A stretch of 41,871 bases of DNA from Pseudomonadales bacterium (lineage in GTDB: Bacteria; Pseudomonadota; Gammaproteobacteria; Pseudomonadales; JBFGWM01). The notes under the pieces were generated by a model, which did not search any database, had not been told where the DNA came from, and saw nothing but the letters and a program-made list of their open reading frames with translations. Both the position numbers and the translations under genes were made by a program. Position 1 is the stretch's first letter. Each line of letters starts with the position of its first letter. The stretch covers positions 1-41,871 of the forward strand of contig JBFJWR010000001.1 of assembly GCA_041623535.1 (NCBI GenBank), in the 5' to 3' direction. Below are positions 18,124-26,049 of this stretch, piece by piece.

Positions 18124-18534
18124 ATGACGGATTTCGTAAAAGTATTCGATGACAGTTTTGCGCGGGTCGTGGGTGTTGACGTACCGCAGGGTGATTTCTT
18201 TGCCCGTTTTTACCAGGAATTCACCGCGGCCGATCCGCGAGTCGCCGAGGCCTTTGCACAGACCGACATGGCGCGTCAGCAGTCCATGATCAAGAAATCG
18301 TTTTACTACATGGTGAACTTTTACGTCACGCAGGAAAGTTCCGACTATTTACAGAGGATCGCCGAACTGCATGGTTCTGGTGCGATGGGGATTGAACCGG
18401 CCCTCTACGATATCTGGCTGGAAACACTGCTCCGCGTTCTGGCAGACTCAGATCCCGGATTTACCCGTGAAGTCGAACTGGCCTGGCGGGTGGTGCTGGC
18501 ACCGGGCATTGCATACATGAAATTCGCGTACTAG
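18124..18534 (+). CDS. Single-domain globin-like haem protein
   Basis: The 136-aa protein follows a globin-fold spacing pattern: FFARFYQEFTAADPRVAEAF, then Q in RQQSMIKKSF, then a candidate proximal His in IAELHGSGAMGI, then YDIWLETLLRVL and ELAWRVVLAPGIAYM. Confidence 0.65.
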   Translation: MTDFVKVFDDSFARVVGVDVPQGDFFARFYQEFTAADPRVAEAFAQTDMARQQSMIKKSFYYMVNFYVTQESSDYLQRIAELHGSGAMGIEPALYDIWLETLLRVLADSDPGFTREVELAWRVVLAPGIAYMKFAY

Positions 18535-18603
18535 TTACCGAAAGTTCGATTCACCCCGGCCGGCCTCTCCCATCCGCCGAACGCTGACTCAGCGTCTTCC
18601 GCC

Positions 18604-19698
18604 TCAGTCGCGAAAGGCATCGCGATGATAGCGGGCGGCTTCGCGCACCTCGGGAACACCGCATTCCTGAATTTTCTGAGGTTTTTTGCCGGCCAGGACT
18701 TCCAGCACCGCACGTACCCCGTGGGCCAGTGACTCGGTGTGGTAACCACCTTCCAGCACCAGTGCGAGGCGGCCGTTGCAGTGCCGGTCGGCGATCTCCT
18801 GAACGATGCCGGTCAGTGCTGCGAAGCCGCCGTACGTCACGTTGAGTGCGAGGTCGAGGCGGTGCGCATCAAAGCCGGCAGACACCAGAACGAGGTCTGG
18901 CTTGTACCACTCTGCGGCCGGCACGAGGATCTTCCGGAAGGCTTCGAGCAGTGCCGTGTCGCCGGCGCCGCCCGGCACGGGCACATTGACGGTCGTTCCC
19001 TGTCCCAGGCCGGCACCGATTTCGTGCATATCGCCGGAACCGGGATAGAAGGGGGCAGCCCGGTGAGTGTCGAAAAACAACACGTCGGGATCTGCCCAGA
19101 AGATGTCCTGGGTGCCGTTGCCATGGTGCGCATCCCAGTCCACGATCAATACCCGCTTGCAGCCGAGCGCTGCCTGCGCATGGGCTGCCGCGACCGCGAC
19201 GTTGTTGAACAGGCAGAAACCGCGCGCGCGGACCGGTTCGGCATGGTGACCGGGAGGCCGCACCAGTGCGAAGGCACTGCTGCAGCGACCCGCGACCACT
19301 GCCTCTACCGCGGCGATCGCGGTGCCGGCGGCAACTTCTGCCGCCTTTACGCTGCCGGGTGATACCGCGGTGGTGTCTTCATCGAGCCAGGCGTTGCGTC
19401 CACGCAGTTCGAAAATGTCTTCAAGGTACTGTGAGGTATGTACGCGGCCGAGTTGTTTGCGGGTGGCCACCTTGCCCTTTTCGAAGCGCACACCGGGTAC
19501 CGGCCGGGCCTTCAGCAGCTTCAGGATTTCCGTCAGGCGCCCGGGGTGCTCGGGATAGTTCCACTTGACCTCCAGTCCGGCAAGGACCTCGCGCAGGCGA
19601 CGGTCCAGCCTGCCGGGAAGGAATTCGTCCTGTACGTCGGGTCGGTGTTCCAGTACCCGCTCGTCGTAAAAGGCTATGACATCGCGGTCGCCGATCAT
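18604..19698 (-). CDS. Histone deacetylase-family Zn amidohydrolase (acetylpolyamine amidohydrolase / AcuC-like)
   Basis: It carries [47 protein letters not shown] and LEGGY. I prefer the ATG at 19698 (a GAGGA lies 10 nt upstream), which is 41 nt after the stop of the upstream gene. The track start at 19761 would overlap that gene. Confidence 0.85.
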   Translation of the reverse strand: MIGDRDVIAFYDERVLEHRPDVQDEFLPGRLDRRLREVLAGLEVKWNYPEHPGRLTEILKLLKARPVPGVRFEKGKVATRKQLGRVHTSQYLEDIFELRGRNAWLDEDTTAVSPGSVKAAEVAAGTAIAAVEAVVAGRCSSAFALVRPPGHHAEPVRARGFCLFNNVAVAAAHAQAALGCKRVLIVDWDAHHGNGTQDIFWADPDVLFFDTHRAAPFYPGSGDMHEIGAGLGQGTTVNVPVPGGAGDTALLEAFRKILVPAAEWYKPDLVLVSAGFDAHRLDLALNVTYGGFAALTGIVQEIADRHCNGRLALVLEGGYHTESLAHGVRAVLEVLAGKKPQKIQECGVPEVREAARYHRDAFRD

Positions 19699-19739
19699 GG
19701 CAAGATCATCCTCGTTATCGGGGGGTGCATACGGCGCGC

Positions 19740-21731
19740 TCAGGCACGGTCCACGGCCCAACTGGCCAATGCCATCTGCTCGATTTCCTCGCAGAGTGCA
19801 TCCGGTACCTGCGCCGGGTCCTGCTGTTCCAGTGGATCGTAGTGGAACAGGTACAACCTGGAGACAAACTCTGCGAAAGGCAGGGATGCTTCTCCCTGCG
19901 ATTCGCCGGTACCGGAAGTGGCGACCAGCACGCCGTTGCCCCAGTCCTGGCCGCTGTCGTTGTTGGGGTTATAAAAGTACACACGCATCTCGTTATTCTG
20001 GTCGAGCGCTACGCGTTGCAGCGTGATCGCGTGCCAGCCGATGAAGCGGCCGAGGGAGTCGGTGGCGGCAATGCCGGCCGGTTGCGGGTACATGACCGGT
20101 TTGTTGCCGTTGTAGAACGGGTGATAGCTGGCGTGAAAGCCACGGATGAAATCGTGGTAGTCACACAGACGCCCGTCCTCGATGCTGACCGCGATCGCGA
20201 AGCCATGACCCACCCAGCGGCCGTGGAACTCGGGGTTGATCCAGAAGTGCGGATCCTCGTCACGACCCTCGACCAGCTGTCCCATGTGTATGTACACACG
20301 ATCGAGGTGGGGGACCAGGATCAGCGAGACCGGGTCGAGATCCAGGTGCAGCCGTTCCATCGAGCCATCGACCATGGATGCCGAGGATAGTTGCTGCCCC
20401 TCGAAATACATGATGACTTCGCAATCGCGTGCTGCCCAGGTCAGTAGCTGCAGCAGATAATCCGGTTGCAGGTAGGCCCACATGGACAGTGCGCGGGCGG
20501 CCTGGCAGGTCGGGTTGTCACCCTGGCCGACACCCAGTGGCTGGCCGAGGATACCCAGTACGCCGGCGAGCAGATGGACTTCCGCAGGTTGCGCAGTGCC
20601 GTATGCGCAGGCGATGGTGTCGCGCACGCTGTCGTCCAGTTGCAGGTCGATCTGTCGCCACAGGCTGGGTCCGAGTGCCGGACTGTAAAGTATGCCGCGT
20701 TCGAGCATGCAGGCGAGGCCGTAGATGGCCTGGCAGGTTTCCGGGTAGACGGCGCGCTCAATCAGCGTGTGAATCAGTTCATGAAAGGTGAGCAGCACGT
20801 CGCGGCCGGTGCTGGAAAGACCCAGCGTCTGCGAAATGGCCTCCACGCCGCGATCCAACTGGAAGCGCAGCAGCACCGCGTGATAGGCAGACACCAGTCC
20901 GGTGTCATGCATCGCGCGTGCGCAACCCGCGGCTTCCTCCTGGATGCCCGCATCATCGAGTTGTTCCAGCCGTTCGCGGTAGATGTCCAGGCCCGGATCA
21001 TCCTGGCTGGCAACTGTCGGGTTGAACAGGGCACTGGTCAGGCGTTCGGCACCCCGGCCTGCCGAGCCCAGGTTCACGTCCGGATCGGCCATGCACACCG
21101 CCACGTTGGTCACCATGGTCGTGATGTGGTCGACCTTGATCGGCCGCTGGCGCAGCAGTCGCCAGATTTCCTCGATCAGTTCGTCCAGCATGCGGTCGTA
21201 GCCAACCTGTTCGACGATGAACTGAAACAGTCGTTGTACCTCGGCCTCCAATGGCTTGGTGCGGCTGGCCTCGTCACTGGTGCCGAATATGCGGCTGAGG
21301 TTGAGTGCCAGTACCGCACGCAGGAAGTGTTCTGCCTGCTCAGCCGATATGCCGGGGTGCTGGAACTGCGCACGCGCGATCGAGAGCATGCGCAACTGGT
21401 TCAGGCACTCAAGCGTGACATCGTTCAGTTCGCCCAGGTTGAAGCAGCCGGCCACGAGTTGCGGCTGGAGTTTTTCCGGATGGTCATAATCCGAACCCTG
21501 GAAGATGCCGGCCGTATCCAGCGTGGGCGCGGCGGCGTACAGCGGGGTCAGGCCGTTAGGATGCTTCAACAGTCGCTGTACGTAGCTGAGTACCTTGGCG
21601 AAATGCGCAGGTTTGGCAAAGTCTGCGGCGGCGGCCAGTTCGGAACGGGCGCGTTCCAGGCCATCACAGAGGCGCTGTAAAGCAGGGTCGATATCATCCG
21701 GCCCTGTGGGCGGGGTTGCATCAGGAAGCAT
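19740..21731 (-). CDS. Orphan 663-aa protein: helical N-terminal two-thirds, C-terminal putative papain/calpain-like cysteine hydrolase fold
   Basis: The ATG at 21731 follows GAGGTG with a 9-nt spacer (the track start at 21743 is a GTG). The motifs, in track numbering, are Q407-x5-C413 ([17 protein letters not shown]), H571 (GWHAITL) and N592 ([15 protein letters not shown]). An HELIH string occurs at 321-325. I recognise no family. Confidence 0.6.
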   Translation of the reverse strand: MLPDATPPTGPDDIDPALQRLCDGLERARSELAAAADFAKPAHFAKVLSYVQRLLKHPNGLTPLYAAAPTLDTAGIFQGSDYDHPEKLQPQLVAGCFNLGELNDVTLECLNQLRMLSIARAQFQHPGISAEQAEHFLRAVLALNLSRIFGTSDEASRTKPLEAEVQRLFQFIVEQVGYDRMLDELIEEIWRLLRQRPIKVDHITTMVTNVAVCMADPDVNLGSAGRGAERLTSALFNPTVASQDDPGLDIYRERLEQLDDAGIQEEAAGCARAMHDTGLVSAYHAVLLRFQLDRGVEAISQTLGLSSTGRDVLLTFHELIHTLIERAVYPETCQAIYGLACMLERGILYSPALGPSLWRQIDLQLDDSVRDTIACAYGTAQPAEVHLLAGVLGILGQPLGVGQGDNPTCQAARALSMWAYLQPDYLLQLLTWAARDCEVIMYFEGQQLSSASMVDGSMERLHLDLDPVSLILVPHLDRVYIHMGQLVEGRDEDPHFWINPEFHGRWVGHGFAIAVSIEDGRLCDYHDFIRGFHASYHPFYNGNKPVMYPQPAGIAATDSLGRFIGWHAITLQRVALDQNNEMRVYFYNPNNDSGQDWGNGVLVATSGTGESQGEASLPFAEFVSRLYLFHYDPLEQQDPAQVPDALCEEIEQMALASWAVDRA

Positions 21732-22077
21732 GCTTGAATTCACCTCGACACGGTTCGGGTTAATGTCGTACTTCAGTTACCGACAGGCATCGTGCGCGTA
21801 CGATAAACAGAAGCGACCCATCACGGATTGCAATCGTTATCATTGCTGATTCAAGCGCTTTTGGCTAATTCCTGCAGCGGTTTCCGCGAAACAGGTCTGC
21901 GATGCATTCGTGACGAGCGCAAATATTTGTTACGCTCATGCAACTGATTTGATTTCCTTCCCTGGTGCGTAACTACTGCAAAACATTGCCGGTAGGGGTG
22001 ATTGTCGACTCGGTGCACCCCGTGGGAATCCGGAATGGAAGCTGGCAGTCCACTTCAATTCAACACAGGAGCGGAAC

Positions 22078-23304
22078 ATGACCGATAAGAATCCGGACAA
22101 GGGCTACGTTGCCCTGCTGGGCTGGTCTCTCAACGCCATCGAGGCGCTTAATCAATTTGACCGTCGCTTCGTGGTGGTGGCCCCGGATTGGGCCGAGGAG
22201 TACGCGCGCGAGCACAACATTCCGTTCATTCCGTGGAATTTTGAGCGGCTGAACGACCGTTCCCACGAAATTGCACAACAACTGAAAGCAGAGGGAGTGG
22301 ACGTCGCCATTCCGTTGTTCGAAGAAACCGTCGAATGGTCCGGCGCGATCAATTCGGTGCTGCTCGGTAACCCGCGATTGCTCGGCCAGTCGATGTTGTT
22401 TCGCGACAAGGCCCTGATGAAGCGCCGTGCCCAGTTGGGTGGCATTCGCGTGGGTATCTTCGAGGAAGCGCATGACAAGGACGACGTGGTCCGCTTTCTG
22501 CGCCGGGTCAATCAGACGCTGCTCAAACTCGATGGCGATCCGAATGATCCGATTCACCTCAAGGCATTCGACAAGGCCGGTTGCCTGGGTCACCGCGTGA
22601 TCCGTACGGTGGAGGATGTCGAATCGATTACCCCCGACGAATTTCCGGCATTGCTCGAAAGCCATCTGGACGGCTGGGAGTTCGGTGTCGAAGCCTGGAT
22701 CCAGGACGGCAAGATCCGCTTCCTGAATATCTCCGAATATGTCCGCCTGGGCTATTCCGTATTCGTGCCGGCTTCACCGGAACTGGAAAAATGGCGGCCA
22801 CGACTGGAGGAGGAGATCAACAAGCTGATCGAGACCTTCGAAATTGATTTTGGCTTCATACACCCGGAATACTTCGTTACCAGTGACGGCAAGATGTACT
22901 TCGGCGAAGTGGCCTACCGGCCGCCCGGCTTCAAGGCTTTCGAACTGATTGAACGTGCCTACGGATTCAACTGCTACCAGGCGCAGGTGGTGTGCTTTGA
23001 TCCCAAGTCCACCCCGGAAGAGGTCGAGTCGTTCTTCCCGCGCCCGGTGGTGGATGCCAAGGGCCATGCCGGTTGTTTCGGCGTGTATCCGCGTCTGCGG
23101 GTGGTCAGCAAGCTGGAGATTCCGAAGGAAACCGAAGAGCACGAGTACTACGAGTATCACGACCTTGCGCTGCCACTGGAAGAGACCGTGACCAAGCGCT
23201 CGGCGTTCGGTACCCATTGGGGGCTCGTCTACTTTTTCGGGAATGATCCCGATCGCATGCGTGATTTGCTCGCGGCGCAGGAAGAACTGGATTTCTATAT
23301 CTGA
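22078..23304 (+). CDS. ATP-grasp fold carboxylate-amine ligase (similar in size and layout to L-amino-acid ligases)
   Basis: An AGGAG lies 6 nt before the ATG. A pre-ATP-grasp Rossmann-like N-terminus is followed by LFRDKALMKRRAQLGGIRV, IHLKAFDKAGCLGHRVI, LLESHLDGWEFGVEAWIQDGKIRFL and GFIHPEYFVTSDGKMYFGEVAYRPPG. This is the usual ATP-grasp strand/loop pattern. Confidence 0.75.
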   Translation: MTDKNPDKGYVALLGWSLNAIEALNQFDRRFVVVAPDWAEEYAREHNIPFIPWNFERLNDRSHEIAQQLKAEGVDVAIPLFEETVEWSGAINSVLLGNPRLLGQSMLFRDKALMKRRAQLGGIRVGIFEEAHDKDDVVRFLRRVNQTLLKLDGDPNDPIHLKAFDKAGCLGHRVIRTVEDVESITPDEFPALLESHLDGWEFGVEAWIQDGKIRFLNISEYVRLGYSVFVPASPELEKWRPRLEEEINKLIETFEIDFGFIHPEYFVTSDGKMYFGEVAYRPPGFKAFELIERAYGFNCYQAQVVCFDPKSTPEEVESFFPRPVVDAKGHAGCFGVYPRLRVVSKLEIPKETEEHEYYEYHDLALPLEETVTKRSAFGTHWGLVYFFGNDPDRMRDLLAAQEELDFYI

Positions 23305-23449
23305 TCGTCCTGTCCTGCTACGCGTGTCATGGCGCCTCCTGCAGGCCGTGTGAGGCGCTTCGACTTTACCCTGTGGGCATTACGCAGGGCGACATTAGGT
23401 CGGGGTCACGCATCTGTTGCACCCGGCCCCCTGATACGGTGGATACAAT

Positions 23450-23839
23450 ATGAAGATTGTTCGATTGCAGAACCTGATCGGTACCGAGCGGGAAGTGAAG
23501 GGCCCTGGCTGGATCAGCCGCCGCCTGCTGCTCAAGAAAGACGGCATGGGGTTTTCCTTTCACGATACGGTGATACCTGCCGGCGCGGAATTGCCACTCT
23601 GGTACAAGAACCACCTGGAAGCCGTGTACTGCGTCAGCGGCAACGGTTCCATCAAGGATCTTTCGACCGGCGAGATCCACGAGATCAGTGACGGAACGCT
23701 GTACGCGCTGAACGATCATGACCAGCACATTCTCTACGGTGGCACCGAGGACATGCGCCTGGTCTGCGCGTTCAATCCGCCGGTGACCGGCAACGAGACG
23801 CATGACGCCGACGGTTCCTACGAACTGGTTGATGAATGA
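23450..23839 (+). CDS. ectC: EctC-type cupin (L-ectoine synthase family), solitary
   Basis: The 129-aa protein is collinear with characterised ectoine synthases as I recall them (Halomonas elongata EctC): MKIVRL..., [53 protein letters not shown]57, Y85 and H93 occupy the positions of the reported iron ligands. Confidence 0.85.
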   Translation: MKIVRLQNLIGTEREVKGPGWISRRLLLKKDGMGFSFHDTVIPAGAELPLWYKNHLEAVYCVSGNGSIKDLSTGEIHEISDGTLYALNDHDQHILYGGTEDMRLVCAFNPPVTGNETHDADGSYELVDE

Positions 23840-23953
23840 CGCGGCAATCCGGTCGGGGCATAATCGTGCCGGGCGGGGCACTGCCGGGGTGTATGTCATC
23901 GCCCGGGCCGCAGTCCCGGTCCGGTTAACAGGGAGCATCCTACAACGGAATTT

Positions 23954-24682
23954 ATTGAATCCCTGCCGCTGACGGCAGTACGGATCACCACTCTGGATCA
24001 GCAGGTCGCGCTGACCAACGCCACGGGCTTTTTCTTCCGGCGCGACGAGCGCCTGTTCCTGGTCACGAGCCGGCACGTGATGGTGGATGCACCGAGCAAA
24101 CACTACCCGGACCGGCTCGAGATCGAGCTGCATGTCGATTCGCACAACCTGGCCGATTCCACCGGTTTCTCTATCCCCCTGTACCGGGACGGCAAAAGCA
24201 TCTGGCGCCAGGCCACTGATGCGGCCGGTGAGATCGACGTGGCGGCGATCGAGATCGAACAGCAGGCGCTGCCCGACACCATCGTCTATCGCGCCTTTAC
24301 CACCGACCACCTGCTGGCCCCGGACGCGCAGGTCGCCATCGGCACCTCGTTGCTGGTGGTGGGCTTTCCGCTGGGGTTTCACGATACGCTGCACCACATG
24401 CCGGTGGCGCGCCACGCCGTGATCTCCTCCTCTTTCGGCCTGCGCTTCCAGGGCGAGGGCTACTTCATCACCGACGCCCGCACGCACCGCGGGATCAGTG
24501 GCGCACCGGTGGTTATGCGCGCCACCGGTAAAGCCGGTGCAGCGCAGGACCTGCCCTGGACCCTGCTCGGCATCCACTCCGCGCGCCTCGATGTCGGTAC
24601 GCGCGATCTGAAACTCGACGAGGCCCTCGGCCTCAACTGCTCGTGGTATGCGGATATATTGATGACGCTGACTGAGGGTTGA
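23954..24682 (+). CDS. Trypsin-fold (S1/S1C-like) serine peptidase; 5' end unresolved
   Basis: The Ser motif is THRGISGAPVV, the Asp is in GEIDVAAIEI, and the His is in LFLVTSRHV (codon 24074-24076). The frame is open from 23864 but the first ATG/GTG/TTG is the GTG at 24077, after the His. I provisionally place the start at ATT 23954; an AGGGAG sits at 23930-23935. Confidence 0.6.
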   Translation: MESLPLTAVRITTLDQQVALTNATGFFFRRDERLFLVTSRHVMVDAPSKHYPDRLEIELHVDSHNLADSTGFSIPLYRDGKSIWRQATDAAGEIDVAAIEIEQQALPDTIVYRAFTTDHLLAPDAQVAIGTSLLVVGFPLGFHDTLHHMPVARHAVISSSFGLRFQGEGYFITDARTHRGISGAPVVMRATGKAGAAQDLPWTLLGIHSARLDVGTRDLKLDEALGLNCSWYADILMTLTEG

Positions 24683-25107
24683 TGCTGCGGGAGGGCGGGT
24701 GTTCGTGACAGCGGGTAGTCATCGATTCGAATGCCATGTTGGGATAACGACAAATTCAACATCGATCCAGTTGGCGGTTCAATTCGGGCTACTGCAATAA
24801 TGCTGTAACTAAAATCTGTTGGATTTGTTGAGAGAGCCGGACCCCATTTGTTGCACAACTCTAGCCGGCTCGATAAGTGGACTCTGCACGGTTTACGACA
24901 GCCACCAGTTCATCGCTCCGACCTCACGCCAATCCGAACAGCCCGCGCGACCCGAGCCTGCAGGTCGCGAGGGTGCATTGGCACGCGGTGTCGGCAGGCT
25001 CTGCGAGTCTGCATCACTCCCGAAATCAAGCAGCAAACTAGACTTGCGTACGTCAATCCTGCAGTTTGACCTATAGCTTTAACGAGTAGCTTGCCGCTAC
25101 ATGCTAA

Positions 25108-25713
25108 CTACGATCCAGACAAGCCGTAAAAATCGATAATGTCATTACCAAACTGAAGATCATCGGTTGTTCTGTCCGCCAAGAGTCTCAGGCTGGCATC
25201 ATCGGCCACCGCGCCGCCTTTTGCGATGATGCCTTTCAACGTTATCAGCGCATCACCCGGCGTTGTCATAAGTTGCTCGCGAATTTCGGTGCCAAAATTC
25301 AATACCAGGCTTTTCAATTCAAGCGAAGTGTTGGGTTGGATCGGCATCATGCTTTCTTCTTTGGCTTTCATGATGACGTGGTATTGACCCGGAGCATATT
25401 CCCAGGCCGCCCCGGAAATTACGTCGGTAGTGCCAATGTCCCAGAAGATGCTGAGTAATGTGATCCCGTCAAAAGATTGCTCTAACGGGAAGGTCTGAGT
25501 CTTGAAACCTTCTCTCTTGAACATGACGGTATCGAACTTGTTTTTCTTCAAGCTTACGGTCAACGGCGTCACGCCAATCGGCTGGCCATCCACGATCACC
25601 TGAACATCTTCCGGGTCACTGGTAAAAGTAAGAGTTTGATCAGTTCCACTGATAATCGTGGCGCATCCCGCCATGGTCAAAATCATGGATAGCAGTACAG
25701 CTAGCTTCTTCAT
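25108..25713 (-). CDS. PEGA-domain lipoprotein
   Basis: The N-terminus is MKKLAVLLSMILTMAGC (lipobox). It is followed by TFTSDPEDVQVIVDGQPIGVTPLTVSLKKNKFDTVMFKREGFKTQTF, a PEGA-type beta-sandwich motif. The gene is visibly more AT-rich than its neighbours. Confidence 0.7.
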   Translation of the reverse strand: MKKLAVLLSMILTMAGCATIISGTDQTLTFTSDPEDVQVIVDGQPIGVTPLTVSLKKNKFDTVMFKREGFKTQTFPLEQSFDGITLLSIFWDIGTTDVISGAAWEYAPGQYHVIMKAKEESMMPIQPNTSLELKSLVLNFGTEIREQLMTTPGDALITLKGIIAKGGAVADDASLRLLADRTTDDLQFGNDIIDFYGLSGS

Positions 25714-25952
25714 GGTGGCGCGTCCTGAAATTATAAAATTGCGAAGGGGCGCGAATGTTAGCTATTTGTCCATTGAATGTCACGGGCAATGTTTGCGTTA
25801 GTAGGTTGCGAACAAAAAATAGTTTGTTTTTTTGCAGGGGAAATGGCCGAGTGCAGCATTAGCATCAGTGTGCGAGGCAGACACAGAGGGGGGGCATATT
25901 CAGGTTGCGCCTGAATAGAGCGTTTGTATATCAGATTGATGGATTAGGAGAT

Positions 25953-26028
25953 TGGCTCCCCGAGTTGGACTCGAACCAACGACAGGCGGATTAACAGTCC
26001 GCTGCTCTACCAACTGAGCTATCGGGGA
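25953..26028 (-). tRNA. tRNA-Asn (anticodon GTT)
   Basis: The reverse complement reads TCCCCGATAGCTCAGTTGGTAGAGCAGCGGACTGTTAATCCGCCTGTCGTTGGTTCGAGTCCAACTCGGGGAGCCA. It has a 7-bp acceptor stem, anticodon loop CT-GTT-AA, a GGTTCGAGTCC T-arm and an encoded CCA. It closely resembles E. coli tRNA-Asn. Confidence 0.9.
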
Positions 26029-26049
26029 TCCCGTGGTAGGGCGCAGATT

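Noticed and set aside
18568-18584. The palindrome ACGCTGA-C-TCAGCGT lies between the convergent globin and HDAC-family genes. I considered it as a terminator.
   Set aside because: A 1-nt loop is sterically impossible, the effective stem is only about 5 bp, and there is no U-tract.
20466-21680. A 404-aa plus-strand ORF lies opposite the 663-aa orphan gene. Similar long antisense ORFs occur at 7281-8189, 8264-9223, 23366-24577, 27766-29046, 36281-37516, 37701-38705 and 40528-41478.
   Set aside because: These ORFs are Arg/Ala/Gly/Pro/His-rich, low-complexity translations with no recognisable motifs. Each lies exactly antisense to an ORF with clear domain signatures. This is typical shadow-ORF behaviour in GC-rich DNA.
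21763-21849. A small 28-codon ORF (MSYFSYRQASCAYDKQKRPITDCNRYHC) sits in the divergent spacer. I considered it as a possible precursor peptide for the ATP-grasp enzyme (graspetide-type RiPP).
   Set aside because: It has no Shine-Dalgarno and lies about 230 nt from the ATP-grasp gene. It lacks the Thr/Ser-Asp/Glu-rich core typical of graspetide precursors. It is also merely the tail of an antisense ORF running out of the neighbouring gene.
22043-22058. A sigma54-like element, TGGCAG-N5-TTCAA, lies just upstream of the ATP-grasp gene. Similar TGGCAA strings occur near 8142 and 10886.
   Set aside because: The -12 element lacks the invariant GC at the right spacing (TC here; the other two are off by one or more positions). 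The site is also only about 20 nt from the start codon.
24875-24884. The string AAGTGGACTC resembles part of the tRNA-Asn T-arm region (AGTTGGACTCGAACC). I considered it as a possible att direct repeat marking an island boundary.
   Set aside because: Only about 9 of 15 positions match and the similarity does not extend. No integrase or other mobility gene lies between it and the tRNA.
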